A stretch of 64,000 nt of DNA, taken from assembly GCA_965178125.1 (NCBI GenBank), contig OZ237755.1:186001-250000 (forward strand). The letters are read 5' to 3'. Shown piece by piece: positions 42,048-55,120 of the stretch (position 1 is the first letter of the stretch; every line of letters starts with the position of its first letter). The translations under genes and the position numbers were made by a program. The stretch comes from Bilabrum cf. latius. Its lineage: Eukaryota. A model generated the notes under the pieces. It had not been told where the DNA came from and did not search any database. It saw only the letters and a program-made list of their open reading frames with translations.

Positions 42048-42389
42048 CTGCGATAAAAATGATTATATTGAAAGGAAGCACTGGGGTGGCTAAGGAAAGG
42101 TAGCTTGGAGCCCATGACGATCATTCCACCGGCATAACAACCCTACACATGGGCCTGCAGGCCCTACTACGCATATCTATGGACTATTGATCAAGCATGG
42201 AGATAATATACAAGCAAACAACAGCATAAGAGATTGAGAAACTCACAGTGCCTCTACGAAGCCCCCAATCGTGCGATTTCGGTGGTAGGTACGCTTGTGG
42301 TGATCCGATCGCAAGATTTTTGTAAAAACAATTCGTTACAATGACCATTCGGTCCGTTGGTGCAGACCACCAGTACCGGATCTTTTAGG

Positions 42390-44856
42390 ATGAGCGGGAT
42401 TTTACGAAGTTCGTATGCCCCTGGAGCTGGAAGATAGACATATCCTAGAGAATGCGAGCCATCCATGTTTGATATTTTGGCCTTCAGCAACGGCGGAGAT
42501 GGGTCTGCACCCGAAGAAGTTGTCGCTAGGGTCACTCGCGGAGTAGTGAGGGAATGATTTAGCTATTACGCTACTTTATCGACACACCTATGTATTATTT
42601 ACATACCGCCGTTTCTCTTGCCTTTGTTTGCAGGCGGAATCACGTGCACGGCCGGCGCGGCGAGAGAGGTTGCTGAGCAGGTGGACGTCTGAGAACCGGG
42701 ACGCATTCACTGTATTCGAAGTAGCACCAGCACCAGATTCTCTAGCGCAATCAGCAGCAATAATTGCACAGGGGCACCAAGCCGGGTACACTGCGGACCA
42801 GCTGCACGGTAGCAGGAGTGATCAAGCCGCTCGTTCATCGGGCGTGCAGGCGCAGGGCACCGGAGCAGCTCCTTCTAGAGCGCCGAGGGCGTCTGCTAGT
42901 TCGGATACGTCCAATCCCGCACAAAATGCTGCTGGAGAGAGCCTGGTGCGCTTTCAGGCCGACATGGGTCTCGGCCTCGAGGGAGCCGAGCAAGGCGCAC
43001 TTGCTGCGACCGGCGCGCAGCAGGGGCCGCGCCAGGGCGGGTCCTCTGGCAAGGGTGCAGCCGCAAACTCCTCGGCACCATCATCCGTGGGATCTCGAGG
43101 CAGAGACAACCACCGTGGTGGTGGTGGTGGTGGTGGTGCTGCCGATGGCGAGGGCGAGCGGGAGCATGAAGCTGCCATGCGCCGCAAGCAGCGCGCCGCA
43201 GAGAGGAGGGCAGCCAAGCGGAAGGCCAGCGCGGCCGCAGCAGCCAAGGGGCCCCGCTCTAAGCGGGTCACCACCGCCAAGGAGAGGAGGCAGCAGCGCC
43301 AGCGCAGGGTGGCTCGCACGCAGCTCACGGAGCAGGAGGTGCAGGAGCGGCAGCGGCAGAAAGAGACCGAGATGGAGCGGGCCAACAGCAGGACGCTGTC
43401 CAATTCCGGCTTCGCAAAGAGGTACCACAAGCCCCCGTTTGGGCTGTACGGCACCGGCAACCTCAGGCCGGTGGACGGAGGTCTCATGTACGGCAACTAC
43501 ATGGCCTCGTACAACGTGGCCCCGCTCAAGCACCCCGCCAACCCCAAGTCGGAGGAAGCCATGGACGCGGTGCGGTTCACGTACAACCCTGCCGTCCTAC
43601 GCTACAAGCCCCCCAAGCGCAGCTTCACGGACCGCCTGAAGCGGGCCAAGGAGCTCATGGCGGAGGGGCTCAGCCCGGAGGAGATCGAGAGGGCGCAGGC
43701 GGTGGCGGACGGGGCCGGGGCCGAGGAGGCCCTCATCGAGAGCGTCAGGCTCGAGCTCGTCGAGGAGTACGGCGCCGCGGCGGCGGAGCGGATCAAGCAG
43801 AGGGAGGAGGAGCGTGCAAGGGCCGCGCGTGAGAAGCAGGAGGCCATGTCTAGCCCCGAGGAGATGACGGAGGAGATGAGGAAGGCGCTGGGGGGCAGGC
43901 TGTCGGGAGATGCCACGCCGGATGGCAGGGAGCTCAGCGGGACCCAGGACCCCCACGCCATGGCCCTCGCAGAGGCGGAGGCGCGCAAGCCTGACTTGGA
44001 CGTAGAGGCAGCCACGGAGCGGCTGCAGCAGCTGCTGGAGCAGAAGGCCGCGGAGACTGGTCGCCCCCCCGTGCCGGCAGAACCCGTTCAGTGGAGGTAC
44101 GGCACCTGCCTCGCGCAGGGGCAGGGCGGGGCCTCGTTCAAGGTGAGCGACGTGTACGCGCTGCCGCAGAGCTACCGCCGGGACTTCAGCGACAGGGTAC
44201 GGTCAGCTCTCGCTTGGGGCGGGGAGGACGAGGAGGAGAAAGAAGAAGAAGAAGAAAATGAGGGGGAGGACGGCGATGGCGAGGACGTAGAGGAGATTCC
44301 GATGGCGGACGTAGAGGACACGTTGGAAACAAAGAGCAAGGGAGGAAGGAAACATGCCAAAGGCAAAAATAAGAGCAAAGACAAGGGCAAGGGCAGCGGC
44401 AGGAGCAAGGCCGCCAAGGGGACGAGCGGCAAGCGGAAGCAGGCATGGAGCACCAGCCAGCAGGACAACGAAGGCGAGGGCAAGAAGTAGAGCCAGGGCC
44501 AGGGCCAGAGCTAGAGCCAGCCGTACCAGAGCGTGCTGGCGGAGGAAGCCAGGGCACGCGCGGCCTACGCGTCGGGGGAGCTGGTGGAGTCCGACGTGCC
44601 TCCAGCCCTGTCCGTGTCCATGCCGGCTTCGAGCGGGGTGGCTGCGACGATGGGGCGCGCCACGGGGCGCAGCATGCTGGGGGCGGGGGCCGGCGCCACG
44701 GTGCGGCTGGTGGAATTCGATGCCTCGTTGCGATCGGAGCGGGACCCGCGCGTGTTCAAGTACCTGCCCAGGGGGATGGAGCGGAGTATCGCTCCTGCGG
44801 GGCGACCCACGGCCGCCTCGGACCACGTGCCCCAGCTGCTGGACCAGTTTGACTGA
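42390..44856 (+). CDS. Hypothetical charged/coiled-coil protein; probable exons 42390-42545, 42634-44856; 3 TAG
   Basis: ORFs 42628..44490 and 44533..44856 are joined in frame through 'KK*SQGQGQS*SQPYQ'. A GT-AG intron (42546-42633) links a 5' exon. Ends TGA. Confidence 0.6.
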
Positions 44857-45075
44857 GAGATGGGCTGTAATGTTCATTGGGGCATGTGGAGATTCTAGAC
44901 GGGTGGGTGTGTGTGCTAGCTTGCCAAGTCCAGACTATGCCTAAGCTGTGTGTGAGTAAGCCAGAATGGCGAAAGACATGTTATTCTTTAGACAAATGTG
45001 TTGTTTTGCTTCCCCGTGCTCGAATCGATAGAGGACCTACTCGTAGACCACACCATCCCTAACCGACGATTGGGC

Positions 45076-46001
45076 TCAGGGCCCCCCTCCCTTGGCTGCC
45101 TCGCTGGAGGAGGAAGACGAGGAGCCCGAGCCTGACGCTGCTGCCGCTGCCCGCCTCCTCGTCACCCTGCCGGTCGGTGCACTGGCGGCCTTGCCGCTGC
45201 CAGCCGCCGCAGACCCGAACACGGGCGCCTCCTCGTCCCCTGCGCCCGCCCCAGCTGCCATCGGAGCAGAGGCGGCCGAGGCAGCCCCCGAGCCGCTACC
45301 GAACGCGTCATCGAAGCTGAACGCACTCGACCCCGCGCCCTTTGAGCTGCCCTCTCCATCCATGGCGGCCTCCTTGGCCTTCTGGGTGGCCTTCTGCTCG
45401 TGCAAGGACTTGACGAAGCGCTGCCTCTCGCTGGGAGCCATCATATGCAGCGACTGCGCGATTTCGATCCTATCCTTGAGCTGCTCCTGCTGCTCTCGCC
45501 CTGCCATGCGTTTAACCCAGAATCGGCGCTCCCTAGCTTCCTTGATTTCCTAAACGCGCTGCATTACACGCAGCGACGCTCCAACCAGGTGCCTATCGTA
45601 CTTGACAGGGGCATTTCTTCGCTTCTCGAATTCGAACGACGAATCGATTGCCATTTCCTTGCCATTCGCTCTCCTATAAGCCTTTGTCCAACGCACATGC
45701 CTGGGGTTGCGCTTCTTCTTGAAGGCCTTGCTGCACTTGGGTCTGCAGAACCGGAACGCCTGCGATAGATGCGGTCGAATCGCAGCAAAATTTGGCTCAT
45801 GCAAGTTCGTTCAGATCGCATACCAAAGATAACCCCATTTTGAATTAGCGAGCACGCTGCTTAGCGCCAGTGATAACTGCGTGCGTTGCAGTTGCTGCGT
45901 TTGCAGTTGGGTGTGCTCACTTTGCTATCGTTGCGCACAAACATTGTACCGTGGCCCGGGTAGCACGGAGCCCCGCAGAAGTCACAGGGAACAATACGCA
46001 T
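45076..46001 (-). CDS. RLP24: Ribosome biogenesis protein RLP24 (RSL24D1); exons 45921-46001, 45076-45759; 1 TAG
   Basis: [100 protein letters not shown] at 45550; ends TGA. Confidence 0.93.
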
Positions 46002-46197
46002 CCTAACGCAACCGCTTGCTTACGCCAATGCACGTAGATCAAGCGGTGCAATTCCTCTGCTTGCCGGAACGAGAGTACAACCACGGAAGGCGCCGCGCAA
46101 ACTGCGGAACCACCAAAGTGCAACTGCTCGACAAAGCCAGTTACAAGCGAATGCTCGTCATGAATGAAAAAAACATGTCGGCGCTGAATACTACGAC

Positions 46198-49100
46198 TTA
46201 GTCCATGTCAGATGCAAGGCTCTGCTGCGACGCCGAGGCAGACCCCCGGCCCGTGGCGTGGCCCACCTCCGCCGCCGCCGCCTTGGCAGCCGCCCGCCCC
46301 GCCCTCCCGCCCTGGGTGGTCGAGTTCACAGAATCGCTCCGAGCCAGACCCCGAGGGGGCCCGCCAGTGGCAGCCGCCGCGGCGCTCTGCCTCCTCCGCC
46401 TCCCCAGCGCACCGCCCCTGGACACAGCCTTGCCCTTGACAACCGGCCGGGCGCTCGTGCGGCCCGCAGCATCCAAAGACTCAACGGCCTGCATGCCCAG
46501 CACCGACCGCTCCAGCTCTGCCTGCGCGTCCTCGATCGACGAGGAGCCCATCATCCCGTGGACGGCCGCAGCGGAAGAGGACGACGACGAGGACGAGGCA
46601 GCGTGCTGGCCCTGCCCCTGCCCCACGCCCACGCCCATGGCTCCACCGGCGATCGAGTGCCGGAACACCCTCGACTGGCGCTTGCCCCCGGCACCCCCAG
46701 TGGTGCCCGTGCCCTTGGCCCTCGCCGAGTAGAGGCTCACCGCCCTGGGCCCCACGGACTTGGCCATGTCCGGCAACGAGTCGAAGATGTCGTCCTCGTC
46801 TTCGTCCTCGTCCTCATCCTCACTGTCCATGCCCCCAGCGCGGTTCTTCTGCCTCGCAGCAGCCATGCGCCCGGCAATGTCCACCAGCGAGGTGTTCAGC
46901 CCGGCCCCCGCCCTCAAGGCATCAGGAGACTCATCGAGGAGGCCGCCCGCGGACGTGGGCTGGCCCATGCCCTGAGACTGGGACCACTCCCCCGCAGCCG
47001 CGGCCTTCGATCCCTCCTCCTCCTCCTCCTCCCTGTCCAGGGCAGCCACCATGGCTGCTGGGTCGGGGTCACTCAGCGAGGCAGACAGCGCAGGCTCGCC
47101 GCCCTTGTCTTCATCTTCATCCTCATCTTCATCCTCCACTGCCCCTGCCACAGCTTTGGCTCTCTTGCGCTCTGGTGCACCATTGGCAGCCTCCTCGCCA
47201 GTGGCCTCCTCGCGACCAGATTGCTAAGCACCTGCTTCCTCGCCCATGCCCGCCTCCGGGGCCTTGCGCTTCCTGCCCCTGCCCCTGCCCCCAGCCCTGT
47301 AAGGAGACGTTCGGCGGGAGCTTGCTTCCTGCTCCTCCGAGGCATCGCCAGCCCGGGTTGGTGCCGACGCAGCAGCAGCATCATCGGCAGCAGTGGCACC
47401 GGAGCCGGACTACGCCGCGGCAGCGGGAACGGTGAGAGCCTGTCCAACGCTCTGCCGCCCTCGGCCCTTGCTGCCCGCCGAGCTGACCACTTCCACGTCC
47501 ACGCTCTCGTCGATGGCCAGCGCGGCGTCCTCCCCGCCCGCCTCCGCGTCTACCTCCTCCTGCACGTCGAGGTCGTCCAGCTCCAGGCGGGGACTGCCCG
47601 CAGGAGACAGTGGACTCGAAGCTGCAGCAGCAGCAGCAGCAGCAGCGGCAGTGCCTCTCGCCCGGCGAGGAGCTCGGCGGGCCCTGGGGGCGGGTGACGG
47701 CGTGCCCGCCGCCGCAACGTCCTCCTCTTCCTCTTCCTCGTCCTCTTCTTTGTGCTCCTGTTCCCCGTCTGATTCTGGCTCCGAGTCGTCTTCCATCGCG
47801 GCGCGGCGCCTGCTGGACCGCCGCGTCGGCTTGCGCTGGTTCTTCGTTCCCTTGGCCTTGCCTTTGCGCTTTCCATTCCCCTTGGATTTGGACATACTCT
47901 GCTTGGCAGCCTTAGAGTGAGATGATGAGGCGGCAGATGCACGCAGCGCCTCATTCACGTCCTCCAGGAGCGCCGCGGCGTCCTCCGTTGTTCCCTGCAC
48001 CGCAGGCGCGGCCTGCAGCGCCCCGGCCTCGCCGCCCCCAGCCGAGGGTGCCCGGTAGTCGGCGATTCCGTCGTCTGCGCCGCCCCGACCGGTCCACCGG
48101 AGCATGAACTAACCCTTGTGCGCGAAGCTGGAAGGAACGTCATCATCGTCGTCCTGCTGCATCCGGAATCGCCTGGAGCCCGCGTCCACGGGGTCGGCCG
48201 GTCGGTCGGCTGCCCCCGGGTGGCACAGCCTCACTGCACCCGCATTGGCCAGCATGAGCGACGCCAGGAAGCACCGACACACCTCGTGCACGCTCGACCC
48301 AGGCCCATCGTTCACTCCTAATTCGTCCTGCTCTTCTTCTTCTTCCTTGCTCTCTCCCGCTGCCGACCCCTTCGACACCACGGCCCCGAAGTCCACAGCC
48401 ACCACGCGCCCGCCCTCGGGTGCCTGCTCCTCCCCGCCCGCGAGCAGGGCAACGGCGGGATCCGCCAGCGCAGCCTCCTCGTCCGCCTCGTCCTGCTCCA
48501 CGCCCAGAGCCCTCATCCTGGCCTGCTCCTCCCGGGCCTCTTGTTCCCCGAGGAGCAGGCCCTCCCTGGCCGCCCCCTCGCTCAGCCTCCCGACGATGTC
48601 CCGGCCGTACCCGTGGATGTCGAAGGCGGGCCGCCTCTTCTCCTCCTCCAGCACGGGAACGACGCGCTCCTCCCACGCAGCCACGCGCAGCGCCAGATCC
48701 GACCGACGGACGTATTTCTCTGCCCCACGCTGGAACTCGGCCACGTGGCGCCGGACCAGTGCCTCGTAGCCCTCGCCCTCGCCCTCGCCAGCAGCCCCGT
48801 CCCCGGCCCCACCGATGCCCATGCCCACCAGGTCGCCAGCCCCGAGTGCAGCCTCGTCAGCATCCCCAGAGCCGAAACCTGCGCCCACGTCGTCCTCGAA
48901 TCCGCCACCAACCCCGCCCATGTCAGCGTCCCCGAAACCCCCCCCATAGTCGTCATAGTCGTCATCTCCCCCGTCAGCGTATGCCATGCCGGGGTCCTCC
49001 CCGTCCTCGCCCCCTGCACCATGGCCCTGGTCCTGGCCAGCCTCACCGGCCAGGGCGGCCTTCATCCTCGCGCGGGCAGCCAGCTTGCGGTCCTGCTCGA

Positions 49101-50929
49101 AGACACCCGCCAGCTCGGGGAACAGCGGCGCCGCGCGCGTCACAGACACCGAGGTTCCGCTGCAGTCGGCCCCGCCCAGAGCCAGGATGCCAGAGGTCCG
49201 TAGCGCCGCCGCCGCCCGCGCCCCCTTGTTCCCTGGCAGGATGCCCCCTCCGCCCGCGGCCCCTGCCGACGCACCCAGCAGAATGTCCGCGTCCTCGTGG
49301 GCCCTCCCAGCGGCCCCGTGCCTCGCGATCATGGAGGGGTTCTTGGGCACGTGGAAGGTCTTGCCCCGCCGCAGCTTGCGCTCCCTGCCCTGGGGGGCGT
49401 CCACGTCGAGAATGGCCCATGGGTCCGAAGCACGGGCGGCCTTGCGGGCGCGCCGTGGCCGGCCCGCCCCGGCCCCTGCAGCAGCGGCACCCCCCTGCTG
49501 CGTCTGCGAGCCAGAGGCAGCGGCTGCTGCTGCGGCCCATGGATCTTCGGACTGCTGCCCCGAGAACGGGTCCGATCCGGAGCCGAAACCTGCACCCACA
49601 TCGTCCTCGAATCCGCCCCCGATCCCGCCCATGTCGGCATCCCCGAAGCCCCCCCCGAACCCACCATCCAGGTCCATGTCGTTGTCCTCGCCCCCGCCCG
49701 TGCTGGAGGACGCTGTTCCCTGGGCCCCCTCTCCCGCGGCCTGCACCGCGGAGTCTCTCAGGAGGGCCGAGGGGCCCATGGCCAGGCCGCCCAGCGAGGC
49801 ATCCGCTGCGCCAGCAGCCGCCGCACCGCCGGGCACGAACGCCCCGCTGCTGCCGCTGCCACCCAGGTGCGCCCCCGCTCCCGCTCCCATCAACATCATC
49901 GCTTCGTCGTCATCGAAGGCCCCCGGCGCATCGCCCAGAGAGGCCAGCGGGTCCGCGTCCCCTCCCGCCAGCAGCAGGGCGCCCGTGCCCTCGTCCACCT
50001 GGCAGCTGCCCAGCTGGAAGGCCTCCGCCCCGCGGGCGTGGTCTGTGCGCTTGGCCGATAGACGGGATAGGGGAGTCCTGCAATTGGTTTTGGAGAATAG
50101 AAAAGAACGAAACGGATGCACGGGTGGGGGAGATAGTGTCGGGCTGCGATCTACAAGTGGCTCCTGGATCCAGCGGGCGGGTTGCACCGAGATTCTGTGT
50201 GCCAGCCATCCATCTCACTTCTGCCTGCGGTTGCTGTGAGTGGCCTCCACAGCTCGCCTCGGGGTATTGGCCGGCAGCTTGCGCCCGGAAGCCACCAGAG
50301 ACACGGCTCGCATGGCGCCGCGCGGCGCTCGCATCTGGACGTTCTTGCCCTCGCGGACGATGTCATCGAGCAGCAGGAACTCTTCCTCGACTGTGGCTTC
50401 AACGTCTGCATCTTGGCCATTCTTGTCATCGATTGAGCTGTTTTTCTGCTTCCGATTGCGCTTGGCGAAGATCATGTCAAGAGCTCCGTAGATCAGCTTG
50501 TAGAGCAGCTCAACTTTCTTGCTGTACACGCATGCCGAGTTCTAAATGAGCATGGCAGCCTCGGCGAAGTTTACTCCTTCTTCTCCATCAAAGCTGATCG
50601 TGATTGTGTCTGTGCACGGAAGCAGAAGGCAGGTTCAGACAATCAAGCCGGGTATTGTGTCTCTCTGCCTTTGCTTCATCCAATCGAGTGGTGCAGCATT
50701 CTTACCGAGCGTATCAATATACTCTTCGAGTTCATTTGCAATGGAGATTCCCCATACGTCAGTCAGATTCCTGCATTGCAAAGAGGTGGAGCTGGACAGG
50801 TGCGACGGGTGGATCACACCGCGAGGTTGGGCATCAATCTTGTAGTATTCGGAGTATGTCGCACTTAATCGGCTCAAGAAGGTGCTTGTATTTTGCATGC
50901 CTGTCTTGCGTTTCCTCATCAAGCGCCAT
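46198..50929 (-). CDS. NCAPH2: Condensin II subunit CAP-H2 with long C-terminal extension (~1466 aa); exons 50865-50929, 50706-50770, 50219-50609, 46198-50077; 4 TAG
   Basis: N-terminus [59 protein letters not shown]. C-domain YEALVRRHV..LALRVAAWEERVVPVLEEEKRRPAFDIHGYG..HEVCRCFLASLMLANAGAV. TAG at 50542, 48109, 47410 and 47224; ends TAA. Confidence 0.88.
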
Positions 50930-51088
50930 GTCGGCAGTTGAGACCTGTATTGGTTGCACCAAGCTCCAAACGGCTTGGAACCGGTTGGTTGCGTGTACTT
51001 CTGAATAATTGATTTTCAACCCGAACTGCAGCCAGCTTTCAGGAATGGCGACCCTTCCAGAGTAAATGAATGGATTTCTATTGTCTTT

Positions 51089-54000
51089 TCATGATTGCCC
51101 TCGCATGGCAGCAGCAAGGACCGCATCCCCGTCGTCCTCTTCGTCCAGCGCATCCAAGTCTTCTTCGGCTGCCGTCCCAGCCCCAGCACCGCCTGAAGCC
51201 GCGGTAGGCCGCCCGGAAGCCACGCTCGCCGTGCCCGTAACATCCACATCTCCCTTGAAAGCGCTCTGCAGCAGCTCCTCGTCCGCCAGCTCCTACCAGA
51301 CCCCTAGCACCGCAGCACTGCCCCTCTGCAGCTCCAGAGCGCCCATGCCAGCACCCTCCGCATCTTCCACCGAGTTGCTGCGGGCGCGCCTGCCGCCCGC
51401 CCCGGCTTTCACCCGGCCGCTCATGGTCACCTTCACTTCGGCCCACTCCCGGAGGAAGAGGGGAAGAAGACCCCCTGGACCCGAGACGGCGGCAGCTGCC
51501 GCGCGCCCCACCCCCACCCCTGCCCCTGCCCCTGCCCCTGCCCACTCCTCTTCGTCCTCCACCCCACTCCCAGCGGCTTCGGTCTGCACAGTCCCCGCCT
51601 CCCCGCTCCGGAGCGCACCCAGAGCCGACACGCCGATCTCGCTGTTCCCCAGGTGCGCCAGGGCCCGCACGGCCAGGTGGCATATCCTCAGCTCGCGCGA
51701 GCTCCAATCAGCCGGGAGCCCCCTGATCCTAAGCAGCGCGTCCATCACGGGGGCGCGAGACCTGTTCCCTGGACTGCTGTTGTTCCCTGAGGCGGAAGCA
51801 GGGGCCTCTAATGCGCCCCTACCTGGATGGGAAGCACCCGCCTGCCCGAAGGAATGCGTGAGGCCGTGCGATGCTCCTGCCCCGGCGGACACCTCCTCTG
51901 CCTCTGCCCCTGCCCCTGCCTGCTCCGCTTGCTCCCTCGATTGGGCCTGCTGGGCTAGGGCACGCCTGCGAGCAGCACCCGCAGCCACAGCCACCGCGGC
52001 CAGATCCAGGTGCAGTCCCATTTGCACCGCTGCTTCGTGCGCGCCGGGTGGGGGGCTTGTTCCCTGGTCTCGCTGCCGGAGCGCCCTTTCGATCTGTTCG
52101 CAGGCCCTTTCAGTCTGTGCAGGGTCCCCGCTGCCCAGCATCAGCTGCAGCGGGGACAGGTCAGTGACTTCCACCGGTGCACCGCCACGATCGGCACAGG
52201 GTGGGGTTGCTTCCTCTCCCTAATCGCCACTATTGCCACCCTTTCCTCCTTGGTGGCCTGGCCCTTGCACCTGCCCCCACACCTGCCTTGCCGCGGATGG
52301 GTCCCACCCGGAGCCGGCGCCGGTCAGGGGCCCCAGTTTTCCTGCCATAGCATCGGCGGGCGCGCTGGCGAACCCCTTGAGCGAACCTTCGCTGTCCTGG
52401 AAGAGGCTCCCCGGGTGCGTGGCCCAGGTGCTCAGCGCAGTGGCCTTGGACCTGGACGAATCCCTTGAGCTCGAGCGGGGACCGTCCCCCAGGGTGGGGG
52501 GCAGGGCGGACCCCCCTGAGGGGACATCACCCCAGGACCCGTCCGCTTGCGAACTCGTCACACCGGCTCCGTGGACACCTGGCTCCTCCGGGAGAGACGG
52601 CAGCAGCATGCCACTAGGAGAGCGAGCGCCCGATCCGGCCGACCCGAAGCTGCCCGCTGGGGGCCGCCCGCTGCCGCCACCACCCACGCCTTGGCCATGC
52701 GCACCGCCGCGCTGCGGGCTGCTGTCAGCTTGATCCAGCAGCACCCATCCACCGTCGATATCAATGGAACTAACACCAGGAGCTGCATCGCCCGCTTTGG
52801 CAAGCGGTGCGATGGGCTGCACCGGGGTTGTCCTAGACCGCACGAGCATCCCGCGACCACCCCTCCCACGGCCCGCGATCCCTCCAGACCCAGATCCAGG
52901 GGCAGCACCCAGCGTGGCATCGGGCGACATCGCAGCGCCCGCGGCAGAGCCAACGGACCCGTTCCCGGACACACCCCCACTGGCGGAGCCTGCCCCGCCC
53001 TCTGCCTGTGCCCTGGCGGCGTGTTCCCTGGCCCGAGGGCTGCCCATGCTGTCGTCTTCCCTTACAGGACCCGAAGGGGGCACCAGCCCCAGGCCCTCGC
53101 CCAGCCCGCCGTACCCATCACCGGCGGCCCCCGACTCGGCCCGCTTGCGCTGCATGTCTTCATCGGCGGCGCGCTGCAGCCTTCGGCCCGCGTCTGGGCG
53201 GCTGATGCTCTGCAGCACGTCCACGTCGGAGTCCACGGAGCAGAAGAGGCCCCGCTGCGGGTCGTCGGACATGATGACGCGGGCCTGTGGCAGCAGAGGG
53301 GGCGCCACCGAGTGCTGCAGGGGGCCCCTGCCCCTGCCTGATCCGATCCTCCCACCAGGCGGACCCACCAGCCCGCGCCGGGATGCACTGGCGCGATCGT
53401 ACGCGTCTTCATCGCTACTTGTGCTCCCGTCGCTGCCGTACCCGCCCCCGACACCGCCACCGCCACCGCCACCGCCACCGCCACCGCCACCGCCACCGCC
53501 ACCGCCACCGCCACCGCTCCGACTGGCATGCCGCCGCCCCACTGCCTCCAGAGCGGCCACCACCCCGCTGCGGGGGAGCAGTGGAGAGTCCGCCAGCGCG
53601 TCCAGGGAATCGGGGCGCACGATGCGAACGCCCAGCTTGCCTAATCGACCCGGGAGAGCTCTCATGACCCGGCCAAACGCCAACGACCCGCGCTCGCTCC
53701 GCCTGGTCGAGTAGCAGTCGAGCAAGTGATGGTTCGCCTGCCTGTCCACCGTCCCGACACGCACGTTGAACTCTGCGTACGAGCCATCTCCCCCTAGCAT
53801 GCAACGAAAGGCCCAATTCTATTCATCGAACCGGGATAGAGCGCCAATGTCATCGAACACGCGGTACAAACCAGACGCGAGCTGCTTTGACGGGGCAAAG
53901 GCGAACAGTCCCTGCGCAATAGTGCCTTTCTCGAGAGCACGGGTCTAAGCGCGCACTGGGGGTGCGCCAGCTACAGCTAGTTGCATGTCTGCGGAACAAG

Positions 54001-54726
54001 CGGGCAAAGTACGCGATGAAGACAACACCCGTGCGACTGGTACACCTCTACCGGAATACCTGTCTTTGTGCGCCGGGTCAATGCACCAAAAACGAGACCA
54101 TGCGCGAGTAAACCGCACATCTCGAAACATATAGACATATGGTCAAACCGAGGCGGCAACGCATCGCGAATTAGAAGGGAATTCTGGGCGCGGGTATGTA
54201 TGTGCTCACCAAAGCTGCGCTGGTCCACCAGCTTTGCTAGCGGCCTAGGCACACCGGTGCTCTCTAGGACTACATCGGAGAAGTCCAGCAGTATTTTCTA
54301 ACTGCTTCCAGCCGATGCTAGCTTCTATCGTTCGACGTACCTCGTCTGTGCCGCGAGCACGCCATGTGCTGAAGCATGCGAGCCCGAGGCGGTCACACTC
54401 GAGCCCGACGGAAGTCGCGTAGGAGCAGCTGTGACTGACCCACTATGCTGTGAAGAAATATCACTGGGTGAGGCACTGCTCCTGGGACTGCCCTAGCCGC
54501 GTGAACTGGCGATAGTTGGAGCCTCCTGCGGTACCGTGGGCATCGCATCCAGCCCTACCAGGGTATCGCTGTGCCTCAACGGGTGTCGTTGTTGCCTGCG
54601 TTCATGTGTAACCTATCTTTGAGCCTCCATTGCGAAATACTCCGCAGTATCTGTTGGGCACACGGAGAAAATCTGGGCGATTCCGATGCAATCGTCGCAC
54701 TTTCCGCGGATTTCCCCGGACTCCAT
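51089..54726 (-). CDS. Hypothetical protein; probable exons 54060-54726, 51089-53988; ~8 TAG
   Basis: ORFs 52220..53800 and 51293..52174 are joined by TAG in one frame, ending TGA at 51089. A 71-nt GT-AG intron (53989-54059) links an upstream TAG-containing frame. No family recognised. Confidence 0.5.
53453..53516 (-). repeat. (GGCGGT)n microsatellite encoding poly-Gly
   Basis: About 10 tandem ccgcca units on the + strand, within the hypothetical CDS. Confidence 0.85.
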
Positions 54727-55120
54727 TTTATATTCCGGGTTGTTTTGCGGTTTCGGATGCTGCTGCAAGCTGCAAGCTGTCATGCCGTATGCAGGTGGAA
54801 ACAGCGAATTTGGGCAAGTGAAACTGTAGCAGTCCTCCAATTATTGGACTGGGGAGTTGTACGGATGCGTCCAGCGCTCTGTAGGAACTGCAAACTCATT
54901 TCTTTCGATGCACATGCCAGGCCAGAGGACCCGCCATGCACCAACCGGAATTCACAGCACACGCCCCTCGATAGCCCCGTGCTTCAGCCTGAACCATTAT
55001 GATCGACTTTGCATTTGGCACCGGGCAACCATCCCTCCCACACCTCCCCGAGCAGCGCCCCCCTCCGTATGCACCGCTGCACAGCCGCTCCACACTATCC
55101 AACTAACTTTATGGCATCAC

